From the NCBI GenBank assembly GCA_030145625.1, contig JAQYVF010000007.1:22607-86606 (forward strand): a DNA stretch of 64,000 nucleotides. The letters are read 5' to 3'. The notes beneath the pieces were generated by a model, which was not told where the DNA came from, ran no database searches, and saw only the letters and a program-made list of their open reading frames with translations. The position numbers and the translations under genes are program-made. The stretch comes from Desulfocapsa sp. Lineage in GTDB: Bacteria; Desulfobacterota; Desulfobulbia; Desulfobulbales; Desulfocapsaceae. This document shows, piece after piece, positions 1 through 10,658 of this stretch (position 1 is its first letter; each line of letters begins with the position of its first letter).

Positions 1-882
1 ATAGCCTAATTCATCGGCCTTTTCTTTTGCCTTTAGCAGTGCATTAAAATTGGAGCCGACTATTACGTTTTGGGTCTTTGTGAAAAAGTTCTGATCGGCT
101 TTTGGGGTTTCCGGGACATTACCAGCTGCACCTTCCTCGATATGCTTGAGAACGCTTGAAGGAATTTTATCTTCAAGAGAATACTTTGTAATAATTGTTT
201 TGCAATCGTTGTAGGTCATTGAATCCGGGACAGAGGGTCCTGATGCAATACTGTCAAGATCATCGCCGACAACATCGGACAGTATGAGAGTTATCAGCGT
301 AGCGGGAAAGGCTGCTCGTGCCAGCCCTCCTCCTTTAATTGCAGAAAGGTGTTTCCTGATGGCATTGATTTCATGGATAGTGGCCCCGCAGGCAAGCATG
401 ATTTTGGTTGTTTCCTGCTTGTCTTCCAGAGTAACCCCATTGACAGGTAAGGGAATAAGTGCAGATCCGCCGCCGGAGAGGAGACAGATAATCAGAGTGG
501 ACTCGTCAGCTGACTTGGCAAGTTTATAAACAGCTTGTGCGCCCTCGAAACCATTTTGATCGGGTACTGGATGGCCGGCTTCCTGAATACGTATTTTTTG
601 TAATTCTTCGAGATGACCATATTTGACGGTGATGATACCCGCGGAGATGCGTTCACCTAAAATATCCTCAATGGCTTTGGCCATTGAGGCGCCGGCTTTA
701 CCAGCACCTAAAACAAAGATTTTGTCAAATTGGCGGAGATCATAGTGCAGACCGTCAACTGTTAATGTTTCATCAGTAACGCTGCAAAGATTTTTGATTG
801 CCGGACCGGGTGCAACAGCTTGTAATCCTGCCTGGAATATTGCTTTCGCATTTTCGAATTTATTTACAAGTTGATCAGTCAT
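1..882 (-). CDS. Glycerate 2-kinase (MOFRL/GckA-TtuD family), 3' end runs off the window
   Basis: Not in the ORF track. Manual translation from ATG at 882 gives MTDQLVNKFENAKAIFQAG..GAGKAGASMA..EAGHPVPD..LLSGGGSAL..EINAIRKHLSAIKGGGLA..ILSDVVGDDLDSIASGP, the class II glycerate kinase motifs. Confidence 0.9.
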   Translation of the reverse strand, partial: MTDQLVNKFENAKAIFQAGLQAVAPGPAIKNLCSVTDETLTVDGLHYDLRQFDKIFVLGAGKAGASMAKAIEDILGERISAGIITVKYGHLEELQKIRIQEAGHPVPDQNGFEGAQAVYKLAKSADESTLIICLLSGGGSALIPLPVNGVTLEDKQETTKIMLACGATIHEINAIRKHLSAIKGGGLARAAFPATLITLILSDVVGDDLDSIASGPSVPDSMTYNDCKTIITKYSLEDKIPSSVLKHIEEGAAGNVPETPKADQNFFTKTQNVIVGSNFNALLKAKEKADELGY

Positions 883-994
883 TTTAGTTCATTCCATTTA
901 TCTGAAGAGCAAAATATAAGGCAGGGTGAGGAGCACCACTTGTGAAGAGGGAACCCCTGCAATAAATTTCAGGAGTTCCCTTTTTACGACGTTG

Positions 995-2350
995 TTAATG
1001 CGCGGGCCCCAGCATTTTTTCAGGCAACCAGGTAATGATTTCAGGAAAGATAGTACAAAGAAACAGCACTACCATAATAATCATCACAAAGGGGATAACA
1101 CCTTTAATGATATCGGACATGGTCAAACCGAGTTCAGGTGGAGCGGAGCCTTTTAACACAAAGATTGACATTGCCATGGGTGGTGTCTGAAAAGCCATCT
1201 GTAGATTAATACAGATCATCATTCCGGCCCAAAGCGGATTAAAACCTAATTCAGCAAGAATTGGAGAAAAAATCGGAACAATAATAAAGACGATGCCAAT
1301 CCACTCGATAAAGAGACCTAAGAGAAAAACGATTAACATTATCATGGCAAATGAAGCCCATTTACCACCGGGTACTGCGAGAATAAGCTGGGAAACAACT
1401 TCTCCGGAACCGGCACTCATGAAAACACCGACAAATGCATAACAAAGAGCAGCAATCATAACCACGAAAGTACTGACCCGCAGGGTTTCAAGAGAAGCGT
1501 GCTGGAGTAGCTTAAAATTGAATTTCCCATGAACGATGGCCAGCAGCATTGAGGCCAGGCAACCTACGGCAGCTGCCTCTGTTGGTGGTGCAATGCCGGA
1601 AAAAATTGTTCCCAAAACAGCAAAGATCAACAGCACTGGAGGAACCATGGCTTTGAGTAGACGCCAGAGTTTTGCCGGAGAAAAGGGCGTCATTTGATCA
1701 GCTGGGATAGCAGGGCCGAGTTCGGGCTTCAGGTAACACCTGACTATTACATAGGCAACATATGAAAATGCGAGGATAAGTCCCGGGAAAACAGCTCCCA
1801 TAAACATCTGGCCTATGGAAATACCTGCCTGAGGACCATATACAACCAGCATGATACTTGGTGGAATTAAGATTCCGAGGGTTCCTGAAGCGACAATAGT
1901 GCCGGCAGCTAAAGACTTATCATAGCCACGCTTGACCATTGGCTCCAGTGCGATCAGGGTAAGAATAGTCACTGATGCGGCAATAACACCCAGGCAAGTG
2001 GCAAGAATTGTACCAAAAACAATGGTGACAATGGCAAGCCCTCCGCGTAAGCGTCCCAACGCTTCATAAAGACTGTCATAGAGATCTTTCGTTATTCCTG
2101 AATGTTGCAGTATAACTCCCATGAAGGTGAACAAGGGGACTGCCAGGTAAGGATAGTTTAAAGAAAGGTCATAAAAACGACTGTACAGAATGTGGTAGGT
2201 TGTCGTTGGACCAAATGCCAGAATACCGACAAGAAAAGCGACGCTGCCAATAACAAAGGCAATCGGGAATCCGGTCAAAACAAGAGTAAAGACCCCCCCC
2301 AGCATGAGGAAGGCGACGAATTCAGCGCTTAAATCAAACAATTTCTTCAC
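995..2350 (-). CDS. dctM: TRAP transporter large permease subunit
   Basis: Multi-TM protein with AVPLFTFMG, GTLGILIPPS, PTEAAAVG and FQTPP motifs. The true start may be TTG at 2341. Confidence 0.95.
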   Translation of the reverse strand: MKKLFDLSAEFVAFLMLGGVFTLVLTGFPIAFVIGSVAFLVGILAFGPTTTYHILYSRFYDLSLNYPYLAVPLFTFMGVILQHSGITKDLYDSLYEALGRLRGGLAIVTIVFGTILATCLGVIAASVTILTLIALEPMVKRGYDKSLAAGTIVASGTLGILIPPSIMLVVYGPQAGISIGQMFMGAVFPGLILAFSYVAYVIVRCYLKPELGPAIPADQMTPFSPAKLWRLLKAMVPPVLLIFAVLGTIFSGIAPPTEAAAVGCLASMLLAIVHGKFNFKLLQHASLETLRVSTFVVMIAALCYAFVGVFMSAGSGEVVSQLILAVPGGKWASFAMIMLIVFLLGLFIEWIGIVFIIVPIFSPILAELGFNPLWAGMMICINLQMAFQTPPMAMSIFVLKGSAPPELGLTMSDIIKGVIPFVMIIMVVLFLCTIFPEIITWLPEKMLGPAH

Positions 2351-2852
2351 CTCTTATGACAAAGTAGAGATCCCGAATAAATCGAGCCAGGCCTTGTAAA
2401 ATCAACAGGAAGAGGCCAATTGCAAAAATAGTCCGATAAGGAGCAGCCGGTGGATACCAGAAACTGTTAAACATAACTTCATTGATTTTCCATGCCTTGA
2501 CAGCCCAGGTTACAGATAACTTGAACATGATAATCATCAGCGGGAAAAACAGGAAAAGAGAACAGATTACATCAATGAGAGCCCGTTTACGTGGTGTTGC
2601 CCGCATATAAAAAAGATCTACTCTGGTATGAGAATCATGCAGGTAGTTGTATGAGGCACCCAGCATATAGACCACTCCGCCAGCCATACACATGGAATCG
2701 TAGGCCCAGATAGTCGGGGCGTTGAAAAAATGTCTGGCAATGGTTTCAAATGACCCAATGAGAACCAGAAGAAAAGCAAACCACTTCCCTATAGCTCCGG
2801 ATTTTTCACTCAACCAATCAATGGTGTTAAGTAGCTTTTTGAGACTGGTCAT
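2334..2852 (-). CDS. dctQ: TRAP transporter small permease subunit
   Basis: 4-TM protein with RHFFNAPTIWAYD and HTRVDLFY, lying between dctP and dctM. Confidence 0.93.
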   Translation of the reverse strand: MTSLKKLLNTIDWLSEKSGAIGKWFAFLLVLIGSFETIARHFFNAPTIWAYDSMCMAGGVVYMLGASYNYLHDSHTRVDLFYMRATPRKRALIDVICSLFLFFPLMIIMFKLSVTWAVKAWKINEVMFNSFWYPPAAPYRTIFAIGLFLLILQGLARFIRDLYFVIRGEEIV

Positions 2853-2876
2853 ACTTTTCTCCTGGTGGATTTCAGG

Positions 2877-3932
2877 TTATTTGATAGCGTTGTACGCTTC
2901 GCCGAATTCCTTCATTGAGTTGTAAATCTCAGAAAAAATAGGTTTTTCTGATTTTGACTTTTCAGCATAGAACTTATCAGCTTCTGCAGTCAGTGCTTCT
3001 TCAATATCTTTAGGTACCTTGTATACTTCGTTGCCTGCAGCCTTAAATTTATCAACAGCTTGAACTGATTCATAAACCAGATATTCATGCTGGTTCTGAG
3101 TGTATTTGGCAACAACAGATTTGACGATTGCTTTCAGGTCATCCGGAAGTTTTGCCCAGGCTTTTTTACTTACAAAAATAACCTGAGGATCACTGGGTGC
3201 TCTGGTGGGAGAAAGATAGACATAAGGGGCGACCTCATTGAAGTGCATGTTCCAGTTGGAGGCCAGGGTTGAGTATTCAAAGGCATCAATAGTGCCTCTT
3301 TGCATTGCTTCGTAGAGCTGGCCACCTGGAATAATTACAGTAGCAGCGCCCATTCTCTTCAGGATCTCACCACCATCCCCCATACAGCGAGCTTTTAAAC
3401 CTTTTATGTCAGCAAGGGATTCGAGTTTAACTTTTGAATGAAAGAAAACCTCTGCAGGCAATGGTGACAAGGCGCCTGGAAAAGTCATAACATCATAATC
3501 GCCCATCATTTTGTTCATTAGATCAGCACCACCACCATAATCAAACCAGGTTCTTAAAGCTTCACCAGGTAATCCACCGGGACGTGAGCTAACCAAACCG
3601 GCTGCAGGCCATTTATCCAGGTTATACATTGGGCAGGTGTAACCCATTTGCAAAACGCCCTGATCAATGGCGTCAACTTCCTTATAGGCTGGAACGATAG
3701 AGCCTCCAACAAAAGGTTTGACTGTCAGGCGGCCACCTGTTGCTTCAGTGATGGCATTGCACAGTTTATCGTGAAAAATCTGGGATGGATCAGATGCTGG
3801 ACCATGCCCGGATGATTTCCAGATAATTTTACCATCCTTGGCTGCATAACTGTTTGTTCCTAAGGCAAGCATCATTGCTGATGCTGCCAATACAACAAAT
3901 AGAGTGCTTAATTTGATTTTACCAATCCCCAT
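2877..3932 (-). CDS. dctP: TRAP transporter substrate-binding protein (carboxylate-binding type)
   Basis: Signal peptide; TGGRLTV, DIKGLKAR, GGQLYEAMQRGTIDAFE and WAKLPDDLKAIV motifs. Confidence 0.93.
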   Translation of the reverse strand: MGIGKIKLSTLFVVLAASAMMLALGTNSYAAKDGKIIWKSSGHGPASDPSQIFHDKLCNAITEATGGRLTVKPFVGGSIVPAYKEVDAIDQGVLQMGYTCPMYNLDKWPAAGLVSSRPGGLPGEALRTWFDYGGGADLMNKMMGDYDVMTFPGALSPLPAEVFFHSKVKLESLADIKGLKARCMGDGGEILKRMGAATVIIPGGQLYEAMQRGTIDAFEYSTLASNWNMHFNEVAPYVYLSPTRAPSDPQVIFVSKKAWAKLPDDLKAIVKSVVAKYTQNQHEYLVYESVQAVDKFKAAGNEVYKVPKDIEEALTAEADKFYAEKSKSEKPIFSEIYNSMKEFGEAYNAIK

Positions 3933-4016
3933 TTCAAATCTCCTTTGTGATATAAATGTGTCATAGCCTCATACAGACCTTTTCTCCGCACGATGTATGA
4001 CACTGTGAATAGACTG

Positions 4017-4847
4017 CTAAGCTACAAACAATGAACTGCCCGTATGATTATGGAAATAGCGTTCATCTGAAACAGCTAACTGATCCATGGCAAGTTTCCC
4101 TGTGCAGTGGGAAACACCGATTACCTTCATGCTATTCTTCTTCAAATAATTCATAGAGTTTTCGAGACTGTTTTCATTGGCTTCAACGAGATGGGTACCA
4201 CCCAACACTGCATATATTGGCCGATTGATCTGCTTGCTGGTGAAATCAAGCATGTTTTTCATGCCGGGATGTGAACATCCAAGCAAGACAATCAGCCCCT
4301 CTGTCGTATCAATGACCAGTAATATTTCATCATTAAAAGGATCTGCTTCAAATGATCCGTTTTTCAGGATCTTGAAACGTTGATTAATAACCTCATCTTC
4401 ATGAATACGTGGGAATCCGGTTATGACGTAAACATTCGGGATAAGTTCTGTGATATTCTTATAGACAAATTGATGTGTTATCTTCTGGTTAGCCAGAAAT
4501 TGTTTATCAAAATTGTTTCCGAGATACTCAGAGGAATTTTTTTTGCAGCCATATTTCTTATCAAAAAAACCCTGTCCAAGAATCAGTTTGAAATCTTTTG
4601 TGATGGTTGTGAGAGCCTGCAACCCACCGGAATGGTCATAGTGACCATGGCTTAATACAACGTAATCAAGGGAAGTCAGATCTACTCTGAGTTGTGCAGC
4701 ATTTTCTATGATCTTTCCAGACTGTCCTGTATCAAACAGGAATTTGTGATCATCTTTTTCAATAAAAAAGGAAAGTCCGTGCTCAGCGTGTAATGCATGG
4801 TGCTCGCCAGGACTATTTTCAATCAGAGTGGTTATTCTTACTGACAT
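4017..4847 (-). CDS. MBL-fold metallo-hydrolase
   Basis: AEHGLSF, LFDTGQS, SHGHYDHSGG, GCSHPG, GGTHL and HCTG motifs. Confidence 0.9.
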   Translation of the reverse strand: MSVRITTLIENSPGEHHALHAEHGLSFFIEKDDHKFLFDTGQSGKIIENAAQLRVDLTSLDYVVLSHGHYDHSGGLQALTTITKDFKLILGQGFFDKKYGCKKNSSEYLGNNFDKQFLANQKITHQFVYKNITELIPNVYVITGFPRIHEDEVINQRFKILKNGSFEADPFNDEILLVIDTTEGLIVLLGCSHPGMKNMLDFTSKQINRPIYAVLGGTHLVEANENSLENSMNYLKKNSMKVIGVSHCTGKLAMDQLAVSDERYFHNHTGSSLFVA

Positions 4848-4972
4848 ATTTTTTCCTTATTGAAAGACTGTTTTTTTTCAGTCTCGATTCTACTTTTTTA
4901 TAGGGGGAAAAGAATTTTTTCGAAAATAGATAATTCGAATCATCTGGCAATTTAATAACCACCCTCCAGGTG

Positions 4973-5005
4973 TCTACTTATCAGATATCCACTCATCGGA
5001 CAAGA
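4973..5005. promoter_or_regulatory. Putative operator of the adjacent GntR/FadR regulator (copy 1)
   Basis: TCTACTTATCAGATATCCACTCATCGGACAAGA is 30/33 identical to 6153-6185 and contains two CTYATC-N-GAYAWS pseudo-palindromes. Confidence 0.7.
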
Positions 5006-5387
5006 TGAAAATGATTGGTGATTGATTATTATTTATACAGAGTCGGATTTATCAACGAATGCGGTTTGTGCGATCCATTTGTCTGTTCTAACCGTATGGG
5101 GAATGTTCGCGGCTGGAGTCGCTCTTGTCTGTAGAGTGGGGCGTTTGATGATGAGTTGTCAGCCATACAATGGCTTTCGTTTGGTATGCAGGATGTTAGA
5201 TCATGTTTTCAAGCAGGTCTGATGTGGACGGGTGGTAATTTGTTCTTTTTTGTAAGAGCGGTTTTGTTCGCGAGTGATGCGGGTGCGATCATCATGTCTG
5301 TTTAAGCCGTATTGGGTGTTGGGCTTGTTCGTGACTGAAATGCTCCTACCTGGATGGTGAAATTGAACTGTTGTTCCATTGAAAATG

Positions 5388-6089
5388 CTACGATTCCTTT
5401 TTTATCTGTTTTAGAATGTCATGCAGTGCATTAACAAGATGTCGAGTCATTGCATTTTCAGCACCGACTTTATCACGCTTTTTGATTGCTTCAAGTATGT
5501 CAGCGTGTTCGTGAATTGTTTTCTCAATACGGCCCGGGGTGTAAAGACTTGAGATCCAACCATTGGGTAGTGTGGTGGTCATCGATTCCATGAGGACATG
5601 GAGAGTGATATTCTTTGTCGCACCGGCGAGAATGCAGTGAAAACCACGGTCACATAGAATCATTTCATCAATATTGTCAGCTTCTGAAAACATCACAAAT
5701 TGGGCACAAACTTCTTCCATCTGCTGAATATCAACTGTATCTGCTTTCTCAGCAGCATAGCCGGCTGCCTTCGGTTCAATAATCATACGCACTTCAAAAT
5801 TATCTTTAGTCGATTGCTCATTATTTTTTAACCAGGTTGAAAATGCCTTGAACTGCTGACCATTCGCGTCAACAATATAGGTTCCTTTGCCCTGTTTGAC
5901 ACTTACCTGACCAGTTACTTCGAGCATTCTTAAAGCCTCGCGAACTGATGAGCGACTGACCTGTAATTTCTTAGTTAATTCATTTTCTGAAAATAATTTA
6001 TCGCCCGGCTTGAAACCTTCTTCGACGATCATTTCTTTGATCGCAGCTATAACACTTTCTGATAGTCGAATTTTCCTTATTGGTTTCAT
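5388..6089 (-). CDS. GntR/FadR-family transcriptional regulator
   Basis: N-terminal wHTH (KPGDKLFSENELTKKLQVSRSSVREAL..KQGKGTY) and FCD domain (DRGFH..ATKN..EHADILEAI..MTRHL). Start chosen after an AAGGGG SD. Confidence 0.93.
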   Translation of the reverse strand: MKPIRKIRLSESVIAAIKEMIVEEGFKPGDKLFSENELTKKLQVSRSSVREALRMLEVTGQVSVKQGKGTYIVDANGQQFKAFSTWLKNNEQSTKDNFEVRMIIEPKAAGYAAEKADTVDIQQMEEVCAQFVMFSEADNIDEMILCDRGFHCILAGATKNITLHVLMESMTTTLPNGWISSLYTPGRIEKTIHEHADILEAIKKRDKVGAENAMTRHLVNALHDILKQIKKES

Positions 6090-6152
6090 GTGCACCCCTT
6101 TAGACAAATTTGTTCAATGGAATATTTTTGGATTTGAAATTTTACACAGCTA

Positions 6153-6185
6153 TCTACTTAGCAGATATCTACTCATCGGATAAGA
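6153..6185. promoter_or_regulatory. Putative autoregulatory operator (copy 2)
   Basis: TCTACTTAGCAGATATCTACTCATCGGATAAGA upstream of the regulator; near-identical to 4973-5005. Confidence 0.7.
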
Positions 6186-6758
6186 AAAAAAATTGTCAGT
6201 CTATTATTTGTCTTTCCGATATAGGTAAAATCACAACAGTTCGAGTCAATTTTAATTAGGGGGTAAAAAGGGAAAGTTTTTAAGGAGGTTTTCAATGAGT
6301 CGTTTGGAACCAATATTGTTGAAATGTTGGGATAATATATAGTTATACAGCGAAAAACATACTATGTGATTGTGTATTATATGTAAATTACGAAAGGATA
6401 GGTGAGATGGAGTTCTGTGTCCATGGCTATTAAAAAGCAGACTTTAGCAAAATACTCATTCTGAGTGTGCAAGAAAAATATGTTTTGATTTATATACTAA
6501 TGATCAAATGTATGTTTTAATATCTGCTTAAATAGCTGCGGTGTTTAAACTGAGTCTTTGGGGTCTGGTAAAGGGCGCCTCGATGTTACACGTGATTTTT
6601 TGCTGGTAGAAAAATGTGACTGAAGATTTTGACGACTCTTTTCTCTATAAATGTCGCATGAAGAATGGGAAGTCAGGGTGCTTTTTTTAGTTGTCGTTTT
6701 CTGTCCTTGGTTTCTTTGCCGTATTGGTATTGTGAAAAGCCCTCTGCAGGAAATGCTC

Positions 6759-6983
6759 ATGTTATTAAATGATATTGTCAAACAAACCAAAGAAAAGCCG
6801 ACGATTGATTGGGATGTATACTGCCAATGGAAGATTATGCATTGCGGGAGTCTGTGGGAGAGCGATGAGTCCAAACCAGTGGTATGGAAATGTTCCTGTG
6901 GGGCGGTCAATTCCTCTGTAGCAGGGGAAAAATATGGAACATGTCAGGGCTGTGGATTGGTCTATCTCGCTTTTTCCAGTTAG
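6759..6983 (+). CDS. Small hypothetical protein with possible Zn-ribbon (WKCSCG..CQGCG)
   Basis: C-terminal part of ORF 6651..6983, ATG preceded by AGGAA; two Cys knuckles. Confidence 0.5.
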   Translation: MLLNDIVKQTKEKPTIDWDVYCQWKIMHCGSLWESDESKPVVWKCSCGAVNSSVAGEKYGTCQGCGLVYLAFSS

Positions 6984-7670
6984 CGTTAGGTTCTGTTGGC
7001 GTTCAGGGATAAAATAAATTCCTCCTCATTAATGAATTACTGGCTGAATTGTCGAGGATTCTTATATAACCCAGATCCAACGCCCGGTACTTGAATTGAT
7101 GTTGCTTTATTACACGTTTTTGCATAGTTGCTTGTCACCTCGGTCGAGGGCTTTGGAGACGCGGGGCATTGTATTCCCTGAGAAATGGGGAGAGGATGAT
7201 AGGTATGAAGATTTTCTATATATGACTCCTTTTATTTCAATAGCTTTGTTAGGAGAAAATAGTATCCTGTTTAAGGAAAAAAATGTATTGTTGTTGAGTT
7301 AAAAAAAATATTCTGAGATTGGACTTTATATGGTTCCTTGGTTTGGTTGGATATAGCTTCTAACTTGGATTGTATAACAGCCAATTGAGGGTGTTTCTGT
7401 TTCATCGAGAAGAAGAAGTTTGTTGTAATGGTAATTGGTAAAAGTGGCTTGGGATTCTATTGGCAGCTGGTAGTAGCTCTTGCATGGTGCTTTTTATCTG
7501 TTTGACAGGTCTTGCAAAGTCCCTTCTAATTTAATTTACGACATGAATCTATTGTTTGTTTTTTTGTTACTGGTAACCTTGGTTGATTTCGGGATTGTTT
7601 TACAGCTACAGATGATAAATTAATATCATGTAAAATAATGCGAATTGCAGACGATGAGGAGTTGATCAAA

Positions 7671-8291
7671 ATGGACAGGCGTGATTTCTTGAAAATAACA
7701 TCGAGTACAGTTGGTTTAAGTATCCTTGGTTTAAGTAGTAGTGCTTATGCATTGTTAAATTGTAGCCCTTTTAATGGCCAAGGTGTACAACAGTGCCAAT
7801 CAGGTATTGATTCGAGGATTGTAACTGCTGCCGCTACTGGTGGTCAGCATATGTGTCAATGGTGCTGGGCTGCCTGTATAGAAATGGTTTTTAAGTATCA
7901 TGGTTTTCATATATCTCAAGAAGAAATAGTTAAACAACTTGGTGGAGATATCGAAAGATTTCCAGGTCAACCACGTCACATTCTAGCCAATTTAAATAGG
8001 GATTGGTATGATGCCAGTCATGCAAGGTTTTCTGTGTCAGGTGAGTCCTATTCTTCTAATTTAATAACCGCTTCTCGGGATTTATCTCAGAACCGGCCTT
8101 TAATTATTGGCAATATGGGGCATACAATGGTTTTGACTTCAATGAAATATGATAAAGATAATTGGGGAAACATCAACGTCATAGAAGCTGATGTAATAGA
8201 TCCCTGGTCAGGTCGAGGCCAACGAACACTATCTGCTCAGGAGTGGTTGGGAACCTCTTTCCTGGTATGCATAAGAGTCTCACGAGTCTGA
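7671..8291 (+). CDS. Tat-exported papain-like cysteine peptidase (C39/C70-like)
   Basis: GAGGAG SD; MDRRDFLK twin-arginine signal; Q..QWCWAAC, GHTMVL and DPW consistent with a Cys-His-Asp triad. Confidence 0.75.
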   Translation: MDRRDFLKITSSTVGLSILGLSSSAYALLNCSPFNGQGVQQCQSGIDSRIVTAAATGGQHMCQWCWAACIEMVFKYHGFHISQEEIVKQLGGDIERFPGQPRHILANLNRDWYDASHARFSVSGESYSSNLITASRDLSQNRPLIIGNMGHTMVLTSMKYDKDNWGNINVIEADVIDPWSGRGQRTLSAQEWLGTSFLVCIRVSRV

Positions 8292-8686
8292 TTTTTCGCT
8301 TATACAGATTGTCCCGGGCATTTAATTTGTGAGCAGTCCACATCAACGAGAATAAGTAATTATCTCTAATTACTTACCAATCATCTTTAGCGTCAGGAAG
8401 TCCCTGTGATTTAGACTCCGGTGTTTGATCCGGTACTTCAATGGCTTATGGTCTGTCGATAATTCCCTTGCCGTTGTAAATTTGATCAAAAGGGCAGGCA
8501 ACTTGACCGTTAACCTGAACAAGGGGACATTCGTTCCCCTCATAGTTTCTACTATTTTCCTGAAGCACCAAAAATGATAAGAAGAAGATATTGAATGAAT
8601 AATCAAAAATAGTTTTGTCGGAATCTTGTTTGCTGCAATCAAGATCTTTCGATGAAATTAACATCCTGTTAGACAATACCGTAATT

Positions 8687-9289
8687 ATGAAAATATCTAT
8701 AATATTGGCTCACCCAGATAAAGAGAATTTTAACAATGCCATAGCTGCAACAGTTGTTGAAACGTTGAAACAAAATGGGCATAAGGTCTTGTTTCATGAT
8801 TTATATGAGGAACGATTCGACCCACTATTGCAGACGGAAGAAATCCTTAAAGATGCCACCTTACCACCTGAAATTGTAGATCATTGTCAGGAGATTTCAA
8901 CAGTAGACGGGATTGTTGTTGTCCATCCTAACTGGTGGGGTCAGCCACCGGCAATTTTAAAAGGGTGGATAGATAGAGTTATTCGTCCTGGAGTTGCATA
9001 TGAATTTCTTGAAAATGACAAAGGAGAAGGGGTTCCTAATGGTTTGTTGAAAGCAAAATCTGCCATTATTTTCAATACATCTAATACCGAGACGCAAAGA
9101 GAAAAGGATGTCTTTGGCGATCCCCTTGAAAGAATATGGGAAAACTGTATTTTTGATTTATGTGGAGTAAAGAAAGTTTCTCGGAAAATGTTTAATATCG
9201 TAGTTGTCAGCTCTGAAAAACAAAGAAAAGAGTGGTTGGAAGAGGTAAAGGAAATTGTAAGTGAATATTATCCTGTGTCAAAAGGTTAA
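8687..9289 (+). CDS. NAD(P)H dehydrogenase (quinone), flavodoxin-like fold
   Basis: ILAHP, DLYEERFDP and HPNWWGQPPAILKGWIDRV motifs. Confidence 0.9.
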   Translation: MKISIILAHPDKENFNNAIAATVVETLKQNGHKVLFHDLYEERFDPLLQTEEILKDATLPPEIVDHCQEISTVDGIVVVHPNWWGQPPAILKGWIDRVIRPGVAYEFLENDKGEGVPNGLLKAKSAIIFNTSNTETQREKDVFGDPLERIWENCIFDLCGVKKVSRKMFNIVVVSSEKQRKEWLEEVKEIVSEYYPVSKG

Positions 9290-9392
9290 GAACCTGTCGG
9301 ACTTAGGGAATCAAACTCGTTTCCTGCATGTTGGGTGGGCGAGTGTATGTCATTCATGATTTCATAGTCATTATGCTAGCAGGAGGAAATTG

Positions 9393-10532
9393 GTGAACAA
9401 GTTATTTGAAGAAAGCTCAATTAACAACATGTTGCTAAAAAACAGATTTGTGCGAGCGGCGACTTGGGAAGGATTGGCGAGCACTGAGGGTGAAGTTACT
9501 CCTGAATTAGTAGAAATGATGACAATACTTGCCAAGGGCGGTGTGGGCCTGATTATAAGCAGCCATGCGTATGTATCGCCGGAAGGACAGGGAACACCTT
9601 GGCAACTTGGAGTGTATAAAGATGAACTTATTCCTCAACTCAAGGAGATGACTTCGGCTGTACATGAAAATGGCGCTAAAATCATAATACAACTTGCACA
9701 TGCAGGACAGTTTGCCGAGGAGAAATTGACAGATCGACCTGCCTTGGCCGTGTCAGATTCTGGCGATTTCTCCGAAAGACATATAAAGATAATAACAGAC
9801 GAGGATGTACAACGTATTGTAGTCTCTTATTCCCAAGCTGCCAAAAGAGCCCAGGAGGCTGGTTTTGATGGAATTGAAATTCATTCAGCACATGGCTACT
9901 TTTTAAGCCAGTTTTTATCACCGGCATTTAATAAACGGATTGATGAATATGGGGGCTCGATTGAAAACCGGACTAGAATACACCTTATGATTTATCACTC
10001 AATTCGGGAGGCGGTCGGAGATGATTATCCAATCTTAATAAAAATAAATTGCGGTGACTTTATAGCGGATGGAATAACAATTGAGGATTCTCTGTACATG
10101 GCAAAATTGTTTTCTCAAACAGGGTTCGATGCAATTGAAGTAAGTGGCGGTATAATAAGGACTGGAAAACTTTCTCCGAGTCGGCCTGGAATAAGTACTG
10201 TAGGTAAAGAGGCTTATTTTCAAGAGTATGCGTCCAGATTTAAAAAAGAAATCAGTACACCATTGATCCTGGTTGGCGGTTTGAGATCCTTTGAGGTTGC
10301 CGAAAAAATCATCTTTGATGGGATTGCCGACTATATTTCTATGAGTCGACCATTTATCAGGGACCCTGACCTGATAAATCGATGGGAAAAGGGAGATTTG
10401 CGCAAGGCAGAATGTAAATCTGACAACTTATGCTTTACTCCTGGGTTCGGAGGTAAAGGAATATATTGTGTTACCAGAGAAATCGAACAAAAGAAGACAT
10501 CCAGCCAGGATATATGCAGTCGGTTCAGTTAA
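9393..10532 (+). CDS. NADH:flavin oxidoreductase (Old Yellow Enzyme family)
   Basis: LKNRFVRAATWE, QLAHAG and AGFDGIEIHSAHGYFLSQFLSP..YGGSIENR motifs; AGGAGG SD. Confidence 0.93.
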   Translation: MNKLFEESSINNMLLKNRFVRAATWEGLASTEGEVTPELVEMMTILAKGGVGLIISSHAYVSPEGQGTPWQLGVYKDELIPQLKEMTSAVHENGAKIIIQLAHAGQFAEEKLTDRPALAVSDSGDFSERHIKIITDEDVQRIVVSYSQAAKRAQEAGFDGIEIHSAHGYFLSQFLSPAFNKRIDEYGGSIENRTRIHLMIYHSIREAVGDDYPILIKINCGDFIADGITIEDSLYMAKLFSQTGFDAIEVSGGIIRTGKLSPSRPGISTVGKEAYFQEYASRFKKEISTPLILVGGLRSFEVAEKIIFDGIADYISMSRPFIRDPDLINRWEKGDLRKAECKSDNLCFTPGFGGKGIYCVTREIEQKKTSSQDICSRFS

Positions 10533-10658
10533 TAACGATTGGATAACGTGTTTGAGGACATCAGCCTTTCAACTAGTGTCATGGCAGGTCAATGTGTCGG
10601 AATTTAGAAGAGTCGCATCTGAGATAAGCGTGAGCCCAGGGATTACCAGTTAAGACCT

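Noticed and set aside
8370..8676. Two overlapping minus-strand ORFs between the protease and the quinone reductase
   Set aside because: No RBS or recognisable motif; cannot be distinguished from non-coding DNA.
9287..9330. TAAGAACCTGTCGGACTTAGGGAATC, reminiscent of an IS/MITE end
   Set aside because: No matching second end or copy was found in the window.
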